DNA from: Balanoglossus misakiensis
Taxonomy: Eukaryota; Animalia; Hemichordata
NCBI GenBank assembly: GCA_040954595.2
Contig: CM082577.2
Coordinates: 15,011,903-15,075,902 of the forward strand
DNA: 64,000 nucleotides
Reading direction: 5' to 3'
Under the pieces are notes generated by a model, which made no database searches, had not been told where the DNA came from, and saw only the letters and a list, made by a program, of their open reading frames with translations. A program made the translations under genes and the position numbers. Position 1 is the stretch's first letter; each line of letters opens with the position of its first letter. Positions 36,563 through 50,607 of this stretch are shown one piece after another.

Positions 36563-39500
36563 CGTCCTGACCAGTGTTTACTGGTGAGTTCGATAGCACT
36601 ATAAGTTTGTAGTGCATTTTGCGCCGCTGTGTTGTTGAAAGATGTTATATCCGCCACGCGTTTTACATTGCGTATTAATTTCCTAGTGTGGTTAGAACAC
36701 GCCGTGACAGAACTGGCAAATGTTTGTATTACTACACCGCAACTTGTGAGCATGCAGTTTGACATCAACTTTGGTCGCACTTTGATGGGCTTATAATATC
36801 GCCCGTAACTTGCACAAAGTAATTTGAACACGATCTCTGTTTCTGGCGAAAACAACGAGGCATTTGGAGTCGGGGAAACAAATCTCAAACCTCAAATTCA
36901 AAATTATTCGAAAATTGAATAGGAAATCTAATTGGAAAAAATTGAAATGTTGGTGTTCTTGAGGACGAACTAATTAAAGCCCTTAGAGCTGTAACTTTTT
37001 GCATTATTTTCATGATTTTATTTTCCAACTTAAATTGGTCCATCTAAATAAGCTTACTGATAGGTATACATGAACACCCTACCGATGCCCGATGGTAATT
37101 ACATGTTGCAATTTGAACACGCTATGTATATTAAAACGGTGCCGCACCGATCTAATCATGATCAGCCTACATACAAACAGTACGCAGCTATCGTGGTATG
37201 CGTCGCCAAGAGATGACAAACTGACGCAAATGCAAGCACTACGGTAATTGGAAGACTTTCATCAATAAATAAACCATAAATGTACTGAAAACAGACATTT
37301 GCTACGCTTTTTCAAGAATTTTGTCGAAAAAGAGTAGAAGGATCAGCATGCAGTACTCAAACAAAAAAGTTAACACAACAATGCAAAATGGAGAATTCAA
37401 ACAACATGCATCGCCGCTTCGGTTCTATACAACACCCCTTACTTCATAAAATCACAAAAAAATTATCGCAATCTTGTTTTCTGTGCGTAAAACCAAAGAT
37501 TTTAAAACGGCGCACGAGGTGGGCTCACACAATAGACCCATTAGTGCAATTACTTTTTGTCTTTGCTCGGATTGGATTTGACTCTAAATACAGTTTCTAG
37601 ACACGTTTTGCGAGTAGAGTCAATTTAGGATCCCTCTGTTGATCTCTGAAAGCCGCGTTGAGGTTTGAAGCCTGAAATTCAGATCTGATTACTTTTTTAT
37701 AAAGCACCAATGTGTGATTTAATTTGAATATTCTAATAGTTTACGAAGCCCCAGCTATGTAACCATGGATATTGCCGGTAAACTATGCAAGCATAAATAC
37801 TGTCATAAAAATTTACAGATCATGATACTGAAGATGTAAGTTCTACGATGACATTATTTCGAGGCCACCGTATACATGGTACACCACGCACCTGGTTTAG
37901 TTATGAGTATTGAGCAGGTGTAACAGTGCTTCAGAGTTCCGTGCAATATTTTAAAAGTGGGTAATTATTTGCCCCGGCAGCTGAAAACTGTGCGGTAGCG
38001 ATCCGTTATAGCTCTACACGCAATGTCATGACGTGATCATTCCGAAATGGCGTCGTTATTTACGAGGCCTCGTTTTATTCTTATGATTTTTGGGTGTGCG
38101 GGAGAGAAAATGAGGTTGTGGCATTGATGGATGTCTCATCGATAGCCACGCTGTTTTCGTTAAACAGTCGCCACTTCAGCCCGGATGATCAGTTGATAGA
38201 CGCAACAAAGGAATACAGATACGTCTGGCATGTTATCACGTTCGGGCAGTGATTAAACGGGATTGGAACTCATATATTGAAGAGGCAAGATTAAGATGTG
38301 TAATTTGCCTTACAAGATAACTCTCAATGAGAAAACGTGGTGACAAGCGATAAGCGTGTATGTAATGGACACAGGTCGCTATTTTGGAAATACATACTGT
38401 ATATAGGCTATTATTTCTACGTTAAATTTGAACAGTTTACCCGCATATTGATCATACGCTCTGATTAAAGTTATCAAAGAAATGTGACGTAATGTCTAGT
38501 ATAGTTTTGTAGATGCATTGTCCATCATTCGAACGAATGACGGTTGGACGACCGTTGTGATTACATGTAGGCTTTTGGTATTCTGAGCAATTCAGCTACA
38601 ATCACTAATAACAACGGTTTTGAGTATTAATTTGCAAATAATCGTTCCAACTAAAATCGCGACCAGCAAAAACTTGCGAGAGTATTTGTTAAACCATCAG
38701 AATAATGCGATAATCGTATTCGTGCAATAAATGTCATCTCCCGACTCAAAATACTGCTTTATGAGTGAACTGCCCATCAGATTATATTTTTTCCAAATTA
38801 AAACCTGCATGTCGGATTCAAAGATTTCGTGCCCAGAGGTTTTAGTTTTAAATCAAACAAAATAATCAAAATCGATTTCGTCAATGTTAATTTATAGTTT
38901 ACTTTTTCTCTCGTTGGTATGTCGGGAATTTTCTTGGAAAACAAACAGTATGCAAAAAGTGAGAATTAAAAACAGAGAGGAATCATTTTGTAATCTCCCA
39001 TCACTACTGTATAACCTTGATGTACTTATTTTGAAAACAACAACAACAACAACAACAAAGGTTTGTAGGACACGGCGTAATTTCGCATAATGCAATAGAG
39101 ACAACTTCAGACTACATATATTTCAAGAAATTCAAACTGTTTATGTATGTTATCCTACTCCTACACTTTGATAAACCACAATAACGTTTATTCTTTTAAT
39201 CTGTTCCGCTTCTGGCTGCACCTCCTTTGTTTTAAGCGGATCGCTCAATTTGTAATACATATACAAGATAGGCTCGTATATTTGCTTCTGTGTCTTAGAG
39301 TGCCTAGTCGAAAATCACATTCAGTCTCTGTGTGTTATTTAACTCAGGCTCGCGCGTGACACATGATGCATTATCAATCACTTCAGCTGAGGTCTGGCCA
39401 TCGAAATTGAACACCGACTGTAATGCATTTTTCACTTTCATGCAAGACAAACATTTGCAGTGGAGTAGACGCACGCTGCCGATGAACAACACCGTAGGTA

Positions 39501-40585
39501 CCGACTTTACTGCTGCATGCAAGTCGCGGGCTATGCCAATATAGAGGTTTCACACTACAAGAATATTATAGCCATTTAGCAGACTTAATATCGCTTGCTG
39601 TCACGATATCTACTTGTATAAATCACTCATGCAGACAAAAATTTTAATCGGTGACAGGCAAATTTACGACCGCAAACTAGAATGGTGAAATTGAAACCTT
39701 TTAAAAACTGACAAGTATCACGATACTGATAATCTGGTGTCTCAAATCAACAATATTGGGAGCAGTTACGTCGCTCAAATAGACACGTACGCGCAGTGGG
39801 ATATAATTCCCTCTTTTAGAATTAGGGAACTTTCAGTTATGAAACGGAAAGGGTCATATTTTTCATTCCTGGCTTTGGGGCAGGTATACATATTATACAT
39901 TTTGGACGGGCGGTATTACTTGAATGTCCACCAGTCTGGTTTTACGATAACATTAAAAGGTTCCATTATTTATTTGAAATTTGTGATCACAAAGGAAATA
40001 AGTATGTTTCCTATCAATCTATTGTGGGTCCGTTACTCTTGGAAGGGGGGTTGTTTTGTGTTCTACTTTTCGTTGAGTTAGGATGCCCTCAGCATTGTTC
40101 AATGCAAGAGGTCTACAGGCCGTACTGCACTGCCCGTACCCATTAAACTTGTATGTGACTCCACTGTGTATATGGTGTACATGCAGTGTAGATAATGTAG
40201 ATGAGGATGCTTTGTTTAAAACACACATATTTTAACTCATTATTGGACCAGTTTTTAAGAGATGATATAGGTATATGACAAAATTGTATGCTATTTTATT
40301 TCAACGTTAGACTCAAATAGACGTTTTTGTCTCAATTTGCTATTTATGTGTAATATTATTTGGTGAGGGTCGTTTAACAAGTATTAACGGCCTACTCATT
40401 TTAAAGAAAATCCCATGGGAGAAGTTCACATTCTACATTGACCGATATACCCAGAATTCCACCACTCATAATCGCTGAACGTTCCCTCAAATGGTGTCCA
40501 AACAATGGTTTCATTTATAGTTGCACCTTTTTCTTGGTCTTGAGGAGCATAAAGTTGCTCATTTTAGAGCATCCAACCTTGCACA

Positions 40586-43500
40586 CACTGCAAATTCTGC
40601 AAAAACAAGCCGGTTTGTACTCAAGCCATTCGGGTTTGCTGACAAGCCACCTCGTCATACTTGCCGAAACTTCGGTATTTCCACAAGCCGCTAAATTTTC
40701 TGGTGTGTGCCAGCAAGCCAGTCAATGTTAGAAAAATGGTTTGTAAATACGCCGCTGGACAACCTGTCTGGAATGGCTTATTATTAAGCCATTGAACAAA
40801 ATCTCTGGTTTGCTCGCAAACTTTAGTGATACTTATGTCTGGCTCGAATTTGTACCATATTTAACCTTGGCTGCATTTTAAGCCGTTGGAGTTAGTGGTC
40901 GCTTTTCAAACCATAAAAAGATGTAAGTATGGTTTGAAAACACGCCATGGAAAACTTTGCCAGGATGTGGTTCATATACACGCCACGCTGGGCACAATGT
41001 CTTGCGAAATACCCTGATTTGGCGCGCGAATGCAGGGTCAAAGGTTATTTATTACACAACTACAACGTTTTGACGCGAGAGAAGACGGTCCACGGGTGAG
41101 GAAGCCGATCGAATCACGTCGTTCCCTTTATAAAATTCGTTCAGCGATTTACAATGCACTCAACCTGTTCCTAAGGTAGAACCGAAATACCATATGCGTG
41201 GATAATTACTTTGGCACCGAGCATCGTTATGGAAGGATGACATCTGATGACTTAGCAGTTGACCGCCAGCATCTACGAGACCGTTAACATAGAACAATGG
41301 CGGTTGGGGTAAGTCCTGCTTCCATTCCATTTTGTGACAGTAACTGCATTTTTGCGAGCAGTGAAGATAATACAAAATTAACAGGCCCGAATCCTGTATA
41401 TACTGACTTGATCATGTGTTGATGATAGCTGAAAAGCATGTGAGAAGAAGTAATGTCAAAAGTTTGACAGCATAAAGGGGCCCCAAAGGAATTTCATTAT
41501 TCTTGCTATTTTCAGCCTCCAATCCATCCCCGTTCATTTTTGTTCATGCATTTTTGTGAGCGAAGACGATGCAAAGTATGTCACTATTAAAAGGCCTGAA
41601 TCCTTTATATACTGCATTGATCATGTGTGGATGGTTATAAAAAAGTCTGAGCAAATCAAAAGAATTTTTTTAATGCAGCTCCGGAGTGGGGCCCTATAGC
41701 GCCATAGCCTAGGAATTTCACCATGCTTGCTATTGGCAGCCTACATCCCCATTCATGTTTGTTTATGCACTTTTACTAGTCAAGATAATTCAAAATATGT
41801 AATAATATCTATACTGTATTGATCATTTGTAGATCGAGAGATATTTCAAATATATGAAGCTTCGAGTGGGGCTAGTGGCAGTGGAAGTCAACATGGGGGG
41901 GGGGGGGGTAACCGCAATAAAAATGTTGTTTTGTGTTCCAATACTATATCAATGGATACCCATAATATTTAAATCATTGGCTGAATAATTTTTTTTGATA
42001 AACCATGATCTCGGACCACAGGATTATTTAACCCCTGCATGCCTGCGATTTGTAACAATAATGATTCCTACTTTAATTGAACCCCAGATATTTGCATAAG
42101 AATGAAATAAATGATCTTGGTTTTGCAGGAGTGGTGATACTGGTTATGGGAAGGAGCAGTTGTTATATTATTAGGCACCACAAAAATATGAAAAAGTCAA
42201 CAAGTACCATTTATGTTGAAGCATACACGGTATGTATAATTAATTGTTATTTTTTTAATATCCATTTTTGTCATCTAGTCATCTGTTTTCTTTATAGTTT
42301 AGTTTGTAGGGACTTCATTATAAAATACCAACCATGTGGTTATAATTTCAGTATTGCATTTGGGAAGAGATTTTACTATTTATGCCTAAAAACTAATTTT
42401 AAAGGAACATGCCTATCTGTATTTATTAATATAGTCCAGCTATCATGTATGTAACATGTATTCAGTTATAGTCAAAGGAAACAATTCACTAAACTCTAGG
42501 TGCGAAATTTCATGCATTGCTCATTGAATCAATTTCATCTTGTTTGTTACATGCTGTGTATCTCATGGTTATGTTTGTGTTTCATGGTTGCTGCCTATAA
42601 CATTAGGATGGCACCATATTGTAGTGTTGTATCGGTCAGTCTCATGTTCTCATATGGTTGCTGCCTATAACAGTAGGATGGCACCATATCGTAGTGTTGT
42701 ATCGGTCAGTCTCATGTTCTCATATGGTTGCTGCCTATAACAGTAGGATGGCACCATATCGTAGTGTTGTATCGGTCAGTCTCATGTTCTCATATGGTTG
42801 CTGCCTATAACAGTAGGATGGCACCATATCGTAGTGTTGTATCGGTCAGTCTCATGTTCTCATATGGTTGCTGCCTATAACAGTAGGATGGCACCATATC
42901 GTAGTGTTGTATCGGTCAGTCTCATGTTCTCATATGGTTGCTGCCTATAACAGTAGGATGGCACCATATCGTAGTGTTGTATCGGTCAGTCTCATGTTCT
43001 CATATGGTTGCTGCCTATAACAGTAGGATGGCACCATATCGTAGTGTTGTATCGGTCAGTCTCATGTTCTTATATGGTTGCTGCCTATAACAGCAGGATG
43101 GCACCATATCGTAGTGTTTTGTGGTATGTGTGTCAGTCTCATGGTCATTCCCCATTGATAAATAGAGAGACACTATCTTCTTTTGTTGAGTATGTCTCAT
43201 ACGAGTCATTGTCATATTTTCTTGTGTACATATGTGTTATGTGTTGTTTTCATGCTGGAAATTGTTTCTAATATACACTCATGTTAATTTCTAACAAGAT
43301 TGTTTTCTCTTTTTGTTTTTCACTATTTGAGAGTGTTTCCCATTGAAAGAAGACGAAGTTTCATAGTAAGGAAGAAGATACTCAAGGCTACTGCCATGAC
43401 TCCAATACTCAAATGCATATAAAGGAGGATTTAAAAGTACTTTTCCACACTTAATGGTGACTTTGAAATCTGTATTCATGTCAGTTTTGACAAACAGTAG

Positions 43501-44798
43501 ATTAAAAAATGAGGCATTTTTGATGGATTGAAATGATTTTCCCTAACCACTTGAACGGAAAATGAGATAAAAGTGTTATTGTATATATTTTCTATCATTT
43601 ATGGGGTTAATTCATTTGATTTACATAATACCATGTATTTACCGTTGTTCCTTTTTTCTTACATTGTCATTACAATAATAATGATTGACCAAAAAAGATC
43701 TTTCTCGGTGTGCTTTTTTGACAGGTTAACATACCATTGACTGTGGAGTACTAAGATGCTGCACATTATGACACATGTTATGCTTCAAGACCAAGTTATT
43801 TAAGGGCATAGTAACTAACTTTGGGCTATTTTTTATGTATTTTTGTTCAGTGTATCGACTCCTTATTTCTGTTCTACTCCTTAAAGCATGATTAACTGCC
43901 CAGGTTCGGGATCTCAACTTTGGCCTTTGCAAATGAGTTCAGGTCTGGACTAAAATTATGTTTTTTGACAATTGCTGATTGTACAATTATGGCAGTGTAT
44001 AGAATCTAGTAAATGGCATTGCATCATGCTTTGGTGAGTTGAACAAGAAACTGCAGTCACTTGAAAGAGCAAAAATGCTAAAAATGGCCCAAATTTATAA
44101 CTATAGCTTTTAGGTAAACAGAAGCAAAACATGCAATTCAAATGTTTGGCTTGCTTACAAACTGCATTCTGTGTAAGAATGGTTTGTATACATGCCAAAG
44201 CCCAAGCAGAGTGGCTGATTTTTAAACCACTGCTCAAGCATTCTCAGTTTGTCAGCGAACCAGGAAATGCTAATTTTTGGTTTGCTGGCAAACTGAAGTG
44301 ATTCATGTTTGGTTTGCTAGCACACCAGTTTTAAGTAGAAGTTGGCTTTCAGACAAGCCAATGTAAATTTTAAGGGTTTACGTACAACCCCCTTGTATTA
44401 TTCGACGGTTTGTTGGCAAGCCATTGTTTTAGAAAGTGGCTTACATGCAAGCCATCATAATATATTCATTGGTTTATATACAAACCCCTTAGATTTGTGA
44501 TGGTTTGTTGACAAACCACTGGATAATGAATCGGTGTGTCTTCAAGCTCATTTGCTGAATAGAATGGCAGGCCAGCAAGCCATATTTCATTACTATGGTT
44601 GGCCTACACACCACTCATTACATTTGCTGTGGTCTATCAGCAAGCCGGTAAGTTATATAAAACGGCAACTCAGCAAGCTAAATTCAAGCCAAAATCAAGC
44701 CAAATTTGAAGAAACGAAAGAAGCCGATTTGCGACAAACAAGCCGGTTTGAATTTGGCTTGAATTTAGCTTGCAGGAAAGCCAGAAGAATTTGCAGTG
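40586..44798. mobile_element. 4.2-kb non-autonomous CACTA/EnSpm transposon
   Basis: 13-bp perfect TIR CACTGCAAATTCT/AGAATTTGCAGTG; 2-bp TSD CA; hundreds of bp of CAAGCC/GGTTTG subterminal repeats at both ends; no transposase seen. Confidence 0.9.
42583..43143 (+). repeat. Homogeneous minisatellite, ~8 x 70 bp, inside the CACTA element
   Basis: Unit CATATGGTTGCTGCCTATAACAGTAGGATGGCACCATATCGTAGTGTTGTATCGGTCAGTCTCATGTTCT at 42651, 42721, 42791 and onward. Confidence 0.97.
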
Positions 44799-47700
44799 CA
44801 TGTAGTTTGTTTTTATGATTGCAGTAACAATATCGAGGGATAAAGCATTCGTCTTGTTTCAAGTACTCCGGATCAGTATTGATGTCTTTGGAAAGATTAC
44901 CCTCGCGCCTATTATGAATAGAGACTCGGCAACCAGAGAATATCTTTACGCCATATAGGGGAATGTATGCGTTTACTGAAAAACAATGCGACATGGTTTG
45001 CCTAACACTGTGTAAGGTGTCATTGATTTTTAGAAACAATTTCTTACTTAATTCACGCGTACGTCTGTTGAAAATCATTCCATAAATCTGATCTCCGACA
45101 TCGCTAAGATCCACTGAGACATTTTGCGAGTAAAGAATTTATTAAATATTTAAATTAGCCAAACACTAGTGTTAGTGATCAAATAACAGGTGGTTGATGT
45201 TTCATGATAAAGCATAGAAATTTATTATTGAATTTACAGGTTAAAAGGCATAAGACTCCTATGGCTAACAGTACAGCAAAATGAAAGATGTCTGGCGAAG
45301 TTGGACCATTTTACTTTTCAGAGATCTTTATTTGTGTTTCAACGGCGGCAAGTTCAAGATCACCCGTTTCAAGTAGACTACACTGTCGCTACGACAGAAA
45401 ATTAAAGTAACTATACACTCGTGACGGCTCGTTTTATGTCCATTGTAAACACGCAAAATAATATCCCTTTAAATAGCGACGTATTCTGTCAGCATAGCAA
45501 ACGTGGTAATTTCAACTAAATTGTGAATAATTGCGGCAGCGGCGAACACGTGTCCCCGCAACTACCACGTACGGTATACCCTTGGCATGTCGCGATGTTG
45601 AACGAATACGTATAGGAAACAATTTTCTCTTCAATCTAATCATGCTCCCTGTGTTCCATGACAACGGATAATAAAGACGCCAGGTAGAAAAAGCTGATCA
45701 AAGCATTTGGTTGTCATATATAAGTATTGAAATTTATTTCGTTGTAAATCATATTTTCTTTGTATTGTTGGTAATTTTGAAAGATATTGTGTCGCTTATT
45801 TTTATTGTACTTCTTTTAATCGGTGGTCATCAACTGTATCTTCAATGACGTACAACGATTCATCTGTTGTCATGGTGCACAGGAGACACAAAGAATACGT
45901 TTTGCATATATTAACTCTGAGTCCGAATAAAGACTGAACGCCTCAGCGCAGTATTCTTGTATTTTCGGGTGATAATGATGTCTTATGTTTAATTAATCGA
46001 AATATTTCGCTTTGATTGGTCGTGACTGCGATGGACCTTAAAGAGCGACGATCGTCTTTTTCACATGGGCCACGCCAGAGACTCTGGCATATCAAATGAC
46101 TTATAGTACCCGACCGCACATTACAAATGATTGATCTTAGGCCTAAACTGACTTTTAATTGCTCGATAGTATTTGCCGATTGTTTGAAAACGCAACTGTT
46201 GTGCAGGATATTGTCTTGTGGGAAACTGAATTCATGTTTTGATTTTGTTGTCTATTCACTGACCATGTTTTGTTGTTGTTCGGGTGCTAACGTAACAACA
46301 CACAACGTTCGCTGCATACCCATGAAACAGTATACACAAGACAATTAGGCCTAATGTCTAAGTCCTTTTGATGGGGGTCACACAGGCACCATTAAGACGG
46401 TTCTGAAGCGTCTCAGATAAGAAACCGTCTTAAAAAATCATGTGTGGACGGTGTAAGTGGTCCTGTCTATGGGGCCGAGCCTCAGTGCCTATACACAAAC
46501 TGTGACGGTGTGTGTGGACGCAAGCGACTCAAAGGATTAATGCTCTGTGTTTACCGTAGGCAAATAGTGTCTCACATTTTTCCATGTCTGATGGCAACAC
46601 TGAAGACGCAATTCATTTCAACCATATGCTTACATACATCAATAACTGCTGTTCGTTTCCGTTATTATCAGTTCCTTAATTCCTTACTGAGAATTGCATT
46701 GTATCACAATAATGATGCAAATTACAGATGTAGAATCCGCTACAAAAGCATTAATACGCATTAGTTGTTCACCGTATGGTGGCATTTCAAGATCGAAGAA
46801 AAGAGAAAACGTTGAGCGTACAATGTATATCATCAACCAAGAGAATCTGCGGCGTTCAAATAACGCTTACGCTTCTAAAAACATAACACTGCATATGTCT
46901 TTAACCAAAAATTACATAAAAAGGGAAGTAGTTACAGAACAGAAATTGTACAAATGTACTGCGTATAATGTTATCTCGATGTCTGTTTTCCTAGCACTAG
47001 CTTTAAAAAATTAAATGCATACATATCCTAGTAACGGCTCGTGTCCAAAGTCTAGAATTGTCATGCAAAATACGGGGAATTAAGCTGCGTGTATGTACTT
47101 GCCTCGTATACGTTGTGTGGAGAATCAGTTCCAACATAATGTTAAAATATGTTATGTGTTGCACATATGATAATATGTTCCAATTGGCCCGTCAGTGACC
47201 CTATATATTGAATAATATCCTAAACCACTTCTGTGTAAATCAGTACCCAGTTGCCAACTTTGGAAGAATTTGCCACAAACATATCCATATACGAGTAAGT
47301 TTGCTGCACACAAAATTATGTAGCTTATACGTATGCATTGCAGACAATGGTGACAGGCTGATGTGGGGAATAGAATAAGAAACAATAAAACTACTGAAAA
47401 TATTATCAAAAATTACAGCTAAATGTCATTTTAACGATCTCCGAAGAGTTATTAGTATCTCTTTTTCTCAGCAGTTTGATATTGGTCATCAAAATTCCCA
47501 CTGTCGTGAAGTTATGACAGTTTTGTGTTACAGTCTCATAGCTGAGGTATTCTACGCGGTAACTATACAAAACCCATTTTCACGGCTATGACTTTATTAT
47601 CAAAAACATCATTCCCGTATAAACTCATATACATGTAATAATTGTCAATTTACACTGTTATTGAATGCTGTATTTACAGCCATCTAAATGACTGTTAACC

Positions 47701-48423
47701 CTCCTCAGCTTGTTCGCTATTATCTTCTACACTTATTCTAAACTACCTGGGCAACTTACATTGTATTTATACTTGACTTCAATCGGAAATTACAAAGCCG
47801 AACATGACACGAACGTACCTGTGTCTTTATACTGACACACGAACATACGCACGTTTGCACACAGACGTGATTATTCTACATATCATATCATATTGATTGG
47901 CGAAGGCCACGTGGAAGCGATCACTTTTACGACTTCGATTTCAGTGAATGCTTTATTCGCCAAACCTGTAAAATATCGAATCTAAATGTCAACACAAGTT
48001 TCGACAGTATGGCGCGTAGGTGTGTATTAGGTATTTAACCTCGGTGGCTGGCGGTTTTTTTCATTATATTCGCGGTTTTTATTTTGTTTTTGAGATGAAG
48101 TTATGCATGATGTGCTTTTGTACCTACATGTATGTGTGTCATTTTGTTTCAATACTTGTACAATAATTATTTGAATGTTGAAAGATTATGATCTTGGGTT
48201 GCCATCCATTATAAAATTAATATCGCCGCAAATATAAAAATCATACAAACATTTGGCCCTGCTTGATGCAAATCCTGCTTGATGAAAATACCACATAATC
48301 AATATGATAAACTGTCCTTCTACATTCATTCAGCTACACTGCAATTAACGTTCGAGTTGTTATGAAGCTGTCATATAGCAACAGTCTTAACTGCTGTGTG
48401 CAGTGATGAGGTCGATGTTCAAA

Positions 48424-49970
48424 TAGTCCTGTTTCAAAATGACCTACATTACACGTCCTATACACATGTATTGCATGTTCTGATTGGTTTATCCGCTTCT
48501 CTAAGGTCCACTTGCGGCACGCTGATTGGAGGGACCTTGTAGGTTAGGTCTTATTACTATGTATTATTCATTAGACCTTGTAGGTTAGGTCTTATTACTA
48601 TGCATTATTCACTTTACAGCTCCCTGATTGATTAACGTGTCAGTCTGGTCCCCCATGTGTTCACTGTCTCATTATACAGGACATTGTAGGTTAGGTCTTA
48701 TTAATATGTATTTATTCACCATACAGCTCCCTGATTGGTTAACGTGTCAGTCTGGTCCCCCATGTGTTCACTGCCTCATTATACAGGACCTTGTAGGTTA
48801 GGTCTTATTAATATGTATTTATTCACCATACAGCTCCCTGATTGGTTAACGTGTCAGTCTGGTCCCCCAGTGTTCACTGCCTCATTGTGAAATGTCCCAT
48901 GTACTTCCTGGCTAGCGTTGTGGTAACACGTTATTCGGGATGTCAGCAGATCATTCATTGATTTTCAGAGAAATTGCCTGACTGATACTATCTCCAACAT
49001 AAACCGCACCGTGGAAAGATTAAATGATTTTTAGATGGACTTTGAAAATCTGATTAACTCATCTAAGCATTTTTGCTAACAGTTGTATATTTTTTTAATC
49101 ACCCTCCTACTTCTCATCATCAATATTATTATTGTTGTTTTACTATTTTAAAGTAAATTTGTTTTGACGAAGATGTTGTGATAAGGAGCACGTTGTCCGT
49201 TTATACATTCGTATATTGTTTTCATAAAAATTGAACTATGACGGTGCCGCTTCGTGAAAGAAGTAATGCTATTCTAAACATTTCCATTGTAAGATATTTT
49301 GGTTTGCTCGAATGAATAGCACATACTTCGTATTCAGCCAGGTGTTACACGAAGTGATGCGCTGAAAGGCATTACGTAACAAAACACTAGCCCATTTCAA
49401 CAAACCGCCACTGGAAATAAAATACGAAATTTCTCCTGGCAATTTTTATTTCGAGTATCTAGTTCACAGTATCACATAAAATGCCATGAATATTGAAGGA
49501 AAAGGTGAAATCCAATCATTATACGAGTGCCTTTCTTTATACACTGGGATCGAGCTTCGACAACGCGCAGGCAGCATGGCAGACAGAATACGACAACAGT
49601 ATTCAGAAAGTACAAAAAACTTTGCATAACGAGGCAGTGAAAACTGGAGACCTACACATTAACCAATCAGCCGGGGAACTGAAAATTGAATAAATACATA
49701 TTAATAAGACCTAACCTACAAGGTCCTGCATAATGAGGCAGTGAACACTGGAGGACCAGACCTACACATTAACCAATCAGGGAGCTGTAAAGTGAATAAT
49801 ACATAGTAATAAGACCTAACCTACAAGGTCTAGTGAATAATACATAATAATAAGACCTAACACATAAGGTCCCTCCAATCAGCGTGCCGCAAGTGGACCT
49901 AAGATTACCAGATGGACCAATCACAGACGTAGGTACATATGTCATGGACCTGACTTATGAAACAGGACTA
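48424..49970. mobile_element. Foldback element with long (350-470 bp) internally repetitive inverted arms
   Basis: Termini TAGTCCTGTTTCA/TGAAACAGGACTA; arms share GACCTTGTAGGTTAGGTCTTATTA and CTGATTGG repeats in opposite orientation; no TSD found. Confidence 0.85.
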
Positions 49971-50607
49971 GTGAGACAGAACCGAATGTTTACTTAATGT
50001 TTAGAACATTAATAGGTCATTTCCGACTGACACAGTTTGCAAATACTACATTACATATATCTAGGTATAATTTACAAGCCGTTGAAATACAAATGATTTG
50101 CATATCTTCTGAAAGGAAAGCAAGCATAATACGAGTAAATGTGGGAAGTTTTAAGGGTTGCCGTTTTCTATAAAATGGTAGTTACAGTGGATTGTAGAGA
50201 AAAGTGGTCAATCTCTAACGATTGAAATGTTGAACGATAGGTTCTACTATACGCGCTGAATTATCTTGTTTACCGATATAAACTCTTAACCAAAGCGCTA
50301 CACTGCAGATGTTAAATCTGTATATAGTTTTGCAATTCTGTGCGTACAGGACGGAAATATATGTTATAGTTGCGCTGTGTACGGTTTACTTGCAAAACGG
50401 GGCTTTTCCTATTTAATTTCATGATTGGTAGAAGAGCGTACATTATATTTCAATGAAAATGGTATAAGAAACTGCCGATCGATTTTCAAACCCTATCTTG
50501 AACCAAACATGAAGTCATGTATCATGGGGGAAAATCTTGATGCGAATAAACAGTAGCTGAACAAACGGGAAGGTCGGTTCTTGAGACATTTCAGGGATGC
50601 GATTTAA

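Noticed and set aside
46392-46433. 11-bp stem TTAAGACGGTT/AACCGTCTTAA
   Set aside because: Isolated short palindrome without splice or TE context; its TTAAGAC/GTCTTAA resemblance to the exon-junction stems may be chance.
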